From positions 1-52,572 of the forward strand of contig CAZAUT010000006.1 in assembly GCA_964488535.1 (NCBI GenBank): a DNA stretch of 52,572 bases. The letters are read 5' to 3'. The stretch comes from an uncultured Gammaproteobacteria bacterium. Its GTDB lineage: Bacteria; Patescibacteriota; Microgenomatia; UBA8517. Shown here piece by piece: positions 25,887 to 34,455 of this stretch (the first letter of the stretch is position 1; each line of letters begins with the position of its first letter). Both the position numbers and the translations under genes were made by a program. The notes beneath the pieces are model-generated. The model ran no database searches. It had not been told where the DNA came from and was given only the letters and a program-made list of their open reading frames with translations.

Positions 25887-27425
25887 ATGACAACATTAAT
25901 CAATAAATTCAAAAATATACTTCTCCATAAAGAAATCGGGGTTTTTATTCTTTTCCTTTTCGCAACTTTTTTATCATTAATCATCGTACGCGACGGACAT
26001 AAAACGAGGTTTGTATTGACAAAAGCGGATTACAGAGATTTTGCGGAGGCGATAAGGGGGCAGGATAAATCGTATGATATTAATCACGATGGATCCGTTA
26101 CGGGCGAGGATATAAATTTAATATTGGACAAAAAACCTACCCGCCATCTTGTCTCTTCTTCTCAAAGGAATAACGAAACGGAAATTGACGGTATAGTTTT
26201 GGAAAACACTCTTTCCCTTACGGCCGAAACCGCAACAAGCGGGTATTTGGGTTTGCCTTCAATGCGCGGGATTTCAAGCGATCTGTTTACCGGATCCGTC
26301 ACTTCTTCCTTCTCATTCGAACTTCCGGAAGGGCGCGGCGGAATGATGCCTGCAATATCTTTGAGCTATTCATCCGGTTCTGTTGACGACCAGTATACCG
26401 GTATCCTTACAAAATGGAGAAATGATGCAGAACATCCTTACCAAAGCCAGGCAGGCATTTTCGGGTTGGGATGGTCTTTAAACGGAATATCCTCAATTAT
26501 AAGAAATACACAGGGAACCCTTAACTATGAATCCGACGATACATTTATCATAAATTCCGGAGCCGGATCGGCAAACTTAATACCGGAATCCGGAAATTAC
26601 GGTTGGAACGAGGAGGGTTACAGTATTTGGCGGACAGCACCGAACCTAAAAATGAAAGTTGAACGTGTACAGCATTGCAATACCATTAGTTCGGATCCGG
26701 AAGCATACCCAAATGGCATCAGATTTGTCTGCAGAGCACAATGGACAGCTACCGACGAAAACGGTACAAAATTCACCTTCGGGTATGATGCCGTTGATTA
26801 CTGGCACCGTACAAAAGACCCCGACAACAATTTTCCGGAAGGAGAAGGAAAATCGTGGTTTCCTTTATATAACGATGTTGACGGAAAAATTGAAGGGGCC
26901 TCCGAATGGCTTTTGAACGGCGGAAATATTGACTTTTGGGGAGGGTTGCATTCAACCACAACACGCTGGTTATTGACAAAAACCGAAAGTGTTCTAAGCA
27001 CACCGGCACAACCTCTTAATATCGGATACAAATACAACTTTCAGCTCGGAGAATACTCAAAGGGCGAAGAAACAAAATCATACGTGCGGATATCATATCC
27101 GCTTGCAATAGAATATTTCCCCCACCGTGTTGACTTTTTTGTCGACTATCCCGTGGGAAGGTGGGATTATAAAATTCACCAGGGAGAAAACGCAACTCCC
27201 GACCAACCTCAAACGGCAACATACAGAATAAAAAAAGTACTTATTTCAACAGCCAATCAAGCGATTAGGACTTATATCTTTAACTATAAGTACGGCTATG
27301 ATAGAAACAAACACCCCGACAAAAACAGAAACGGCACCCTTGACTCGGATGAGGTGATTTCGGGACAGGTTATTCATTCTCTTTTGGAATCCATTACTCC
27401 TTACAGCGGAGACAAAAGCCTATGA
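25887..27425 (+). CDS. SpvB/TcB-N-terminal-like protein (SpvB-like 2), membrane anchored
   Basis: It has a TM anchor and DINHDGSVTGEDINLI. The SpvB signature is MMPAISLSYSSGSVDD...AGIFGLGWSLNGISSIIRN...DDTFIINSGAG. Its stop overlaps the RHS2 start (ATGA). Confidence 0.7.
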   Translation: MTTLINKFKNILLHKEIGVFILFLFATFLSLIIVRDGHKTRFVLTKADYRDFAEAIRGQDKSYDINHDGSVTGEDINLILDKKPTRHLVSSSQRNNETEIDGIVLENTLSLTAETATSGYLGLPSMRGISSDLFTGSVTSSFSFELPEGRGGMMPAISLSYSSGSVDDQYTGILTKWRNDAEHPYQSQAGIFGLGWSLNGISSIIRNTQGTLNYESDDTFIINSGAGSANLIPESGNYGWNEEGYSIWRTAPNLKMKVERVQHCNTISSDPEAYPNGIRFVCRAQWTATDENGTKFTFGYDAVDYWHRTKDPDNNFPEGEGKSWFPLYNDVDGKIEGASEWLLNGGNIDFWGGLHSTTTRWLLTKTESVLSTPAQPLNIGYKYNFQLGEYSKGEETKSYVRISYPLAIEYFPHRVDFFVDYPVGRWDYKIHQGENATPDQPQTATYRIKKVLISTANQAIRTYIFNYKYGYDRNKHPDKNRNGTLDSDEVISGQVIHSLLESITPYSGDKSL

Positions 27426-30400
27426 AAGAAAAAGTATTGAATATTTATACATTATCCCTTTTTCTTGTATCTTTTGTTCTCTTTGCTTCTTTTTATGGAA
27501 GTAAGGAGAATAAAAATCCCAAGAGTTATACAAATAATGTCCTTGGTGTATCAGCCTTGCCCGTTAAGCCTCTGCCTAAGATAAGTTTTTCTTACGGGGA
27601 AAATTGTGATTCTTTCGAAGGAGGGTGTCCGCTTTATTCATTCTATTCACAAGACGTGATTGCCTCGCAGGTAAGAACAGCTAATGATTTTTTTCTAAAA
27701 TCGGTCGAGAATAATCTTAACGGGAAAACCGTTTATGAATATTGGAGCGATGCATACGGAGGACAGGCGCTGGTTGTTAAAACATGCGATGCCGACAAAA
27801 CGGACCATTACAGCAACGAATGTAAAACGGATCACTCATACAATACGCAAAGACACAGAATAAAAAGTGCCACAGTTTATGATGGTATGGGAAATTTCGT
27901 CAAAAACGACTTTAACTTTACCGGAAGCAGTTCTTTCCAGGGTCTTGCATACGTTAGCAGTTACGGCGACTATTGGCTTGAAGGTACAAACTGCTGCGGG
28001 TTAAACAGCGAAGACTATTCCTGCGAAAACCGTACGGACTGCGCATGCCCGGGAGAAGAAGGACCGTCATGTACCACAACAGGAGGGATCGACTGTTATC
28101 AAAACTACTCCTGTTCAAATTGTACCGATTTACGATGGGATGAGTATGGAAGCTGTTGTCAGGATAATTACCCTGTTGATTATACATTGCGTTATTCAAC
28201 AAGCGACGGATCGCGTTCGATTTGTCCCGCCAGTTCACCCTGTTGTCTTTCGGACAATACGAGGTGTTACTCAAATTGCAAGTTAAAAAAGGATAAGCCT
28301 TTTGCAGATTATCAGTTTTTGGGCTATCCGGAAGTCGAAGCGGTAACATATCGGAAAAACAGCACATCGCTTGTATCCTCAAAAAGTAAGAATTTCTTCT
28401 ATCAGGCACTTGAAACCGACACCTGTTTTAAGCCGAGTCCTTTAAAAGGTTTGGTGTATAAACAGATCGATTATTCAGCCGACGACGCATCCAAATGGAT
28501 AGAAAATATAAGCGATTACCGCGTAAGAATCGGCCCAATGTTCGGGGAGACTACAAATTATTCAGCCGGCAGTTTGGCTGATATTTGCCCCGATTACAAT
28601 CCGGAAAGTACGGTAACTTTACTGCTTCCTACCCAAAATATTACCAGAAATATAATCGGCGGTAATGCGACGCTGTGTACAAAGACATCCTCTTCCGAAG
28701 GTACTGACAACCCTTACGCCTTGCCAAAAATTGACGTCAACTGGGGAAAGGTCAGCTGTACCGCTCCTTATAATGATGATACTTCTGACACCGCTGTGTA
28801 TTCATATACGGAATACACAAACGCCCTCGGCGACAACACGGACGAAACACTTTGGATTGCGCCGAAAGTCAAAGAAACCTGGTCATCGGACTATGCCAAC
28901 ATTTCAAAGTTCAACCACACAAAAATATATTACGACGGACAAAGTTTCGGCATATTGTCGGGACCGGGACAAGTTACAAAAAGTGAAATTTACAAAGATG
29001 GCACGATTGCGTCTATCTCAACAACTTCTTACAAAAGCGGTTATCCATGGCTGGTTAGCGAAATCAAGTCAAGCAAACCCAGCCAGAACGATCCGCGTAC
29101 TTTAATAACGACTTCCCTTATTGAATATGAAAACATATTTTCCATGTATCCTACTAAAATTACAAATGCCCTGGGACATGTAACTACTACCGATTACGAC
29201 TTTCTGCCGGTTGCCGATACACATCCCAACAGAGGATGGCAGATGGGTTTACCGATAAAAATTACCGATGCCAATAGCGATACCATAAGTTATGTTTACG
29301 ACGAGTTCGGCAGAAACATCCAAACATATCTCCCCAACCGTGTTCCCGAACAGGGTAATCCAAATTCTTGGAACGATTACTATTACTTCAACGAGGACGA
29401 CCTTGGTGCCGACTGCAGTATAGTAAATCACTGCTTGCCCGGTTTGGGAAAACAACTAGGTAACAAAACAGGTCCGAAATATATGACGTCAAATGCAATG
29501 CGGTATTCAACCGATTCGCTTATTGTCTCCGGAAGCCATACTTATATTGACGGAATCGGACAAAGTGTTCAGACAAGACAGGTTTTTTATAACAATTCAT
29601 GGACAAACGGCGGAATTCCCGTTGACGGTGAAGGTAACCACGATATTATTCAGTCAAATACATACACGGCATCGGGAAGTATCGAATATTCAAGTGACAT
29701 TTACACCGCCGATCCTTACATAAATTTTCAAACCAACAGTTTTGATACAAGAAATTTTATTGACGATCCGCTTATATATGAAACGCGGTATACATATGAC
29801 GGTTTTGGCAGAAACACCGAAATTCTTTACCCCGACGGAAACAAAGAAAAAACGGTTTATGAACTTGACGGGAACCCCCTTAAAACAAAATTCCAGAGTA
29901 AAAATTGTACTGATACTGACTCCGCCACTCTATGTGCGGAAAACGTCTCCATAAGCGACGCTTTTGGTCAAACAATTCGTTTACAAACTCTAACTCAAGA
30001 CGGAAATGTATATGATGTAAACACTGCTTACCATTCGATCCTCGGTCTTCCTCTTGAAGTCAGGGACGACCAGAACATTCTGATATCAAAATTTGTCTAC
30101 GATTCACTCGGACGCAAAACAAAGATGTGGAACATTGATCTTTCCCCCGACATGATTAACGATACAAGCTCATGGAGGTACACTTTCGATCCTGCCGGAA
30201 ATTTAAGAAGCGAAACCAATCCCAACGGTGTAGTAACTGAATATGTTTATGACAATTTGAACCGCATTACAAGCATTAAGACCGGAGGAAATCTTCTCTC
30301 TTCCACAACCTACGACTTTTCAACAGGGTGCAGCAACGGCAAAGGCCGGGTATGTAAAAGCATTGATTATAATCCCGACGTTTCGGCACAAGCTCTTTTG

Positions 30401-32437
30401 ACAACAACGATGAATTATAATGACCGCGGACAGATTTTGTCCACATCAACCGTTACATCAAATCTTCCCGATGAAGAGGTGGACGGTAAAACTTTTTCTA
30501 CAAATTACACCTACGACGAGGGGGGAAGACTTTTGACGACCGGTTTTAACGACAATACTGCGATGAACATCCCCGATGAAACAATAACCAACACCTACAC
30601 AAAACCATACCTCACCAGCGTAACAGGCATATCCTCTTATGGAAAAAACGCCGTTTTTGATAAAAACAGCAGAATGACAAGTTTCAATTATGGAAACGGT
30701 GTCGCACAGTACCATACGTTTAATATCTTGTCAGGAACCCTAACCAGCATGAAGGCGACCTCGTCTTATGGAATTGATCTTATGAATTTAAATTATGACT
30801 ACGATCCTAACGGTACAATAAAGTCTATTGTTGACGGCGTCGATTCATCAAGAACACAAACCTTCACTTATAATTACCTAAATCAAATACAGAAAGTTGA
30901 AGGAGCAATAACGGCTGACTATACATATAGCAACAACCCATCCCTGAATAATATAACCTCCAAAAATGAAGGTGGAAAAGTTGTCTCAATGACTTATGGC
31001 ACATCGAGTGACGGATATTACCACCGCCCGGAATCCGGAACAATTGACGGAAACAACGTAACTTATGTATATGATTCTCTCGGCAATCTGACCTCGGATG
31101 GGCAGTTCGGCTATGAATACGATAAGGCAAATCGGTTGAAAAAAGTAACAAGAGTTGCATTACCCACCCCCACACCCGGGCCAACATCGACGCCAACTCC
31201 GGCGCCATACAAGGTTTTTGTTTCGTCAGCACGTTATCTTGGTAATCTCGGAGGTTTAGCAGGTGCCGATATAAAATGCCAAACTCTCGCCCAAAACGCA
31301 GGATTGGCCGGTATATTCAAAGCCTGGCTTTCTACAACCTCGGTTGACGCAAAAAACAGAATACCGGACAAAACTTATTCTCTCGTTGACGGAACAATTA
31401 TTGCAGACAACAAATCGGATCTTCTCGATTCCAGCATTAAACACGCCATCAATCTCGACGAGAACGGCAATGGGATTAATCTTTATTTCACCGTCCATAC
31501 CGGTACAACTTCTGATGGAACATGGATGGAAAATTCAAATACAACCTGTAATAACTGGGTAGATTCCACGAGCACATTCTACGGTATGCGGGGTGATTAT
31601 CCAAGTTCCGATTACAAGTGGACAGAATTTTCTTCAAGTTATAGGTGCGATTATTCCTCAAGGCTTTATTGTTTCCAAACAGGTTCCGTACCCACACCGA
31701 CGCCTTCACCTACATCAACTCCAGCGCTTCTGCCGACACCCTCCCCCACTTTGGCACCGACAACAATTCCTACTTCTACTCCCATACCTACTCCATCGGT
31801 TTGTATTCCGGAAGTTCTTGAACCAAGAAATATGTCTGTTATACAAACCAGAGATGTTTACACCTCCTGGACGGACGAGTGTTCATCTGCCGTTATTGCC
31901 GGATACCAGGTGGCAATTAGTTCTCTTATATTTAACTACCAAAGCGGTCTTCTTCCTAAAACCAGCAACTTCATTAAAATAAACGGTGAAGAGATTGGTC
32001 TGTCATATCAGGGAAATTACTCATTAAGTGTCAGATCTTGTCTCGATGCAGCCTGTTCGCGAACAGGAAACTGGTCAAACCCGGTAAGTTTTGTCTGGCA
32101 GCCGGCGAAAGGATATGTTTGTGACGACGCAGCGTGGGTCTGCCAGGAAAAAGAATGCTATTACAACTCCGACAGTTTGTGTGTGTTATCCTGTGAGGAA
32201 TGCGACGGAATGCACAAGGAATGCTCTTCCTCGGGAGACGGATGTTTCTACTATTCCGGTGAAGGATATGATATATGTCTTTACGACAATGAGTGCGCAA
32301 TTACCATTCCCACTCCAACTCCCGATCCCGGAAGCTGTGTCTGTAGAAACAACAAGGTGAGAGAAAATAATTGCAGCGCCGGGACATCACCTAAATGTGA
32401 GGAAAATAGTTGTTCGTGCATATATGCAATGCTTTAA
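27422..32437 (+). CDS. Giant RHS/YD-repeat protein (RHS2) lacking an RHS core and toxin; ends in DUF1554/endostatin-like, FN3-like and Cys-rich domains
   Basis: 1671 aa, collinear with RHS1. YD repeats include VYDEFGRNIQTY, TYDGFGRNTEILYPDG, VYDSLGRKTKMW and TFDPAGNLRSETNPNG. It stops at CSCIYAML, exactly where RHS1 continues into its core. Confidence 0.9.
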   Translation: MKEKVLNIYTLSLFLVSFVLFASFYGSKENKNPKSYTNNVLGVSALPVKPLPKISFSYGENCDSFEGGCPLYSFYSQDVIASQVRTANDFFLKSVENNLNGKTVYEYWSDAYGGQALVVKTCDADKTDHYSNECKTDHSYNTQRHRIKSATVYDGMGNFVKNDFNFTGSSSFQGLAYVSSYGDYWLEGTNCCGLNSEDYSCENRTDCACPGEEGPSCTTTGGIDCYQNYSCSNCTDLRWDEYGSCCQDNYPVDYTLRYSTSDGSRSICPASSPCCLSDNTRCYSNCKLKKDKPFADYQFLGYPEVEAVTYRKNSTSLVSSKSKNFFYQALETDTCFKPSPLKGLVYKQIDYSADDASKWIENISDYRVRIGPMFGETTNYSAGSLADICPDYNPESTVTLLLPTQNITRNIIGGNATLCTKTSSSEGTDNPYALPKIDVNWGKVSCTAPYNDDTSDTAVYSYTEYTNALGDNTDETLWIAPKVKETWSSDYANISKFNHTKIYYDGQSFGILSGPGQVTKSEIYKDGTIASISTTSYKSGYPWLVSEIKSSKPSQNDPRTLITTSLIEYENIFSMYPTKITNALGHVTTTDYDFLPVADTHPNRGWQMGLPIKITDANSDTISYVYDEFGRNIQTYLPNRVPEQGNPNSWNDYYYFNEDDLGADCSIVNHCLPGLGKQLGNKTGPKYMTSNAMRYSTDSLIVSGSHTYIDGIGQSVQTRQVFYNNSWTNGGIPVDGEGNHDIIQSNTYTASGSIEYSSDIYTADPYINFQTNSFDTRNFIDDPLIYETRYTYDGFGRNTEILYPDGNKEKTVYELDGNPLKTKFQSKNCTDTDSATLCAENVSISDAFGQTIRLQTLTQDGNVYDVNTAYHSILGLPLEVRDDQNILISKFVYDSLGRKTKMWNIDLSPDMINDTSSWRYTFDPAGNLRSETNPNGVVTEYVYDNLNRITSIKTGGNLLSSTTYDFSTGCSNGKGRVCKSIDYNPDVSAQALLTTTMNYNDRGQILSTSTVTSNLPDEEVDGKTFSTNYTYDEGGRLLTTGFNDNTAMNIPDETITNTYTKPYLTSVTGISSYGKNAVFDKNSRMTSFNYGNGVAQYHTFNILSGTLTSMKATSSYGIDLMNLNYDYDPNGTIKSIVDGVDSSRTQTFTYNYLNQIQKVEGAITADYTYSNNPSLNNITSKNEGGKVVSMTYGTSSDGYYHRPESGTIDGNNVTYVYDSLGNLTSDGQFGYEYDKANRLKKVTRVALPTPTPGPTSTPTPAPYKVFVSSARYLGNLGGLAGADIKCQTLAQNAGLAGIFKAWLSTTSVDAKNRIPDKTYSLVDGTIIADNKSDLLDSSIKHAINLDENGNGINLYFTVHTGTTSDGTWMENSNTTCNNWVDSTSTFYGMRGDYPSSDYKWTEFSSSYRCDYSSRLYCFQTGSVPTPTPSPTSTPALLPTPSPTLAPTTIPTSTPIPTPSVCIPEVLEPRNMSVIQTRDVYTSWTDECSSAVIAGYQVAISSLIFNYQSGLLPKTSNFIKINGEEIGLSYQGNYSLSVRSCLDAACSRTGNWSNPVSFVWQPAKGYVCDDAAWVCQEKECYYNSDSLCVLSCEECDGMHKECSSSGDGCFYYSGEGYDICLYDNECAITIPTPTPDPGSCVCRNNKVRENNCSAGTSPKCEENSCSCIYAML

Positions 32438-32438
32438 T

Positions 32439-32921
32439 ATGAATATTACTGGAAAAAACAAAACCGGAATTATTTTTCTTTTTCTCTTTATTCTTGTCAT
32501 GTCGGCAGGACTGGTCGGAACGCTTTATCTTACACATCAAAATCAGGATATCAGACGCAAGGCTTCTGACTTGAGTCCGACACAATTGCCATTTTATGTA
32601 TCTTTAGATACATCATCCGTTCTCCCCGGAGAATCAGTAATAATTTCCGTTTACGATAACGATTCCAAACAGCTTCCCTATAACGGATATATTTTTGTCA
32701 AATCACGAATATGTATCGAGTCGCAAAACTGTAAATCATACACCGGACAGTATGTTAACAATCAGGGAAAACCCGTTTATTTTTCAAACGGTACGGCAAC
32801 GATTGATATTCCAGTAGACAGCCCCCCACAAACTACCCGTATGCGATTTATCACCACTTACCCGTCCAAAAAACTCGATTGGAGTAACGAAATTACACTT
32901 ACCGTTAATTCCAAACTGTAA
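32439..32921 (+). CDS. Small secreted or anchored protein, paralogue of 21416..21904
   Basis: The start is set at MNITGKNKTG, 1 nt after the RHS2 stop. It has a TM, then QNQDIRRKASDLSPTQ, and ends KKLDWSNEITLTVNSKL. Confidence 0.75.
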   Translation: MNITGKNKTGIIFLFLFILVMSAGLVGTLYLTHQNQDIRRKASDLSPTQLPFYVSLDTSSVLPGESVIISVYDNDSKQLPYNGYIFVKSRICIESQNCKSYTGQYVNNQGKPVYFSNGTATIDIPVDSPPQTTRMRFITTYPSKKLDWSNEITLTVNSKL

Positions 32922-32935
32922 AAGATTATTCGTTA

Positions 32936-34357
32936 ATGAAAAGACTGTCCAAACAATTTAGTAATTTTCTGATCTTCCTTCTTCTTTTCGTCTCCACAGG
33001 ATGTTTCTTTACAGGTTCAAAAGATTTGGTATCTGGTCAGACTACTGAAGGTGTTGAGTTTCTGTATACTGCATCAGGTCAAAGACTGGCAAAACTGGTT
33101 GAAAATGAAGATCATACATACTATCTTCCGGGGGTTGAGGTGACCATTAACGAGGCAGACGGAACAACTTCCTACAGAAGGTATTACACATTTAACGGTG
33201 TCGGGGTGGCTGTAAGAGATAGTGATGGCTTGTCATATAGTCATGGAGATAATCTGGGAAGTGTGTCTCTTTCTACAAACACTTCAGGGGTGGAATTGGG
33301 AGAACAGGTGTATTATCCGTACGGTACAACAAAGACAATTTCAGGGTCCATAAAAGGAGAAAGAAGATATACCGGACAGGTCACAGATGAGAATGTAACA
33401 GGATTTTACTACTACAACGCAAGATACTACTCCCCCGCCATGGGACGGTTTACCCAACCGGATACAATTGACAGCGGACTGAATAGGTATGCCTACGTCG
33501 GAAACAATCCTGTCAATGTAACGGATCCGAGCGGACATGCACCAAGCAAAATAATGCACGATTGGGATGAAAAACCTCACCAATATTGCAGTTTTTCGGA
33601 CCCTGCTTGCGGGCAACAAAATGGTGCAGGTAAAATCCTTGCGTCATTGAGATCTAAAAACGATCTTCTCAAACCATTAAGGGGAAAAACCAGTCAGGTT
33701 TCACAGATCGAAATATCGGACACAGTTCCTTTGACAGGATGGGGGAAAAACGCCGAAAACCTTTATTCTGCATATCGCGATACCCCCGGGTGGTGGAATG
33801 ATTACGAGGTTGATAACTTTACAGCCGAGGATTTCCTGGCATTAATGCTCTCCTATGAATTCGGTCCTCTGGCAGCATATTCAAATAAGAATATTTATGA
33901 CCGCTTGACTTCAGACTTAACGGAAGCAACGGTCCGTTGGCTTTATGGAAAGTGTGAATACGAATCAGGGTCCGTCTGTAATACGGCTACACCAAATTCC
34001 GTTTTTAATTGGGTAGGAGGAGCGTTGGAATCTTTCCAAAGAAGATGGAGGGCGGTTTACCTCGACAGTAACGGATACCTTAGGGAAATGGATCAGGAAA
34101 ATTTGAACCGTGTAACCAAAAATGAAGGTAGGGATTCAGCAATGGCCGAATCGGCTGTTTCTGCTGTGATGAATCCATCCAATACTTCTTGGATTGTAAC
34201 TTCGGGTGCTGACACAAGACTGGCTCCTTATTACTGGGGAAACGGTTCTATGTTTACAAGCTATCCTTCGGACTACCTGTGGAAATTCGGTTCCGGAAAT
34301 TCGGCCTTCTACGTACTCTCAGTTACCCAAAACGCAGCTGCGCACTACGGACGTTAA
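32936..34357 (+). CDS. Stand-alone lipoprotein carrying an RHS core plus a unique C-terminal toxin-like domain
   Basis: Signal and lipobox: MKRLSKQFSNFLIFLLLFVSTGC. It then aligns with the RHS1 core (ASGQRLAKLVENEDHTYYLPGVEV..YYPYG..RRYTGQ..YYYNARYYSPAMGRFTQPDT..NRYAYVGNNPVNVTDPSGH) and ends in a roughly 270-aa unique tail. Confidence 0.85.
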   Translation: MKRLSKQFSNFLIFLLLFVSTGCFFTGSKDLVSGQTTEGVEFLYTASGQRLAKLVENEDHTYYLPGVEVTINEADGTTSYRRYYTFNGVGVAVRDSDGLSYSHGDNLGSVSLSTNTSGVELGEQVYYPYGTTKTISGSIKGERRYTGQVTDENVTGFYYYNARYYSPAMGRFTQPDTIDSGLNRYAYVGNNPVNVTDPSGHAPSKIMHDWDEKPHQYCSFSDPACGQQNGAGKILASLRSKNDLLKPLRGKTSQVSQIEISDTVPLTGWGKNAENLYSAYRDTPGWWNDYEVDNFTAEDFLALMLSYEFGPLAAYSNKNIYDRLTSDLTEATVRWLYGKCEYESGSVCNTATPNSVFNWVGGALESFQRRWRAVYLDSNGYLREMDQENLNRVTKNEGRDSAMAESAVSAVMNPSNTSWIVTSGADTRLAPYYWGNGSMFTSYPSDYLWKFGSGNSAFYVLSVTQNAAAHYGR

Positions 34358-34455
34358 CGTTGTAAAACAAATATTTGAAACCCACAAAATCTTACGGGAT
34401 AGATGCCCTATTTATATAAAATAACACCTTAAAATTCCCATACGGTACAAAAAAA

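Noticed and set aside
27419-27428. SpvB-like 2 and RHS2 as one gene split by a frameshift or joined by programmed frameshifting at the ATGA overlap
   Set aside because: RHS2 begins with its own hydrophobic signal-like segment. RHS1 has the homologous N-terminus with no SpvB gene upstream, and SpvB-like 1 ends at the homologous position with no RHS gene downstream. The two are therefore genuinely separate ORFs, though read-level verification is still advisable.
34206-34424. 72-aa ORF considered as an immunity gene for the 32936 toxin-like protein
   Set aside because: It overlaps the last about 150 nt of the toxin gene in another frame, has no start signal, and its translation looks like an out-of-frame artefact.
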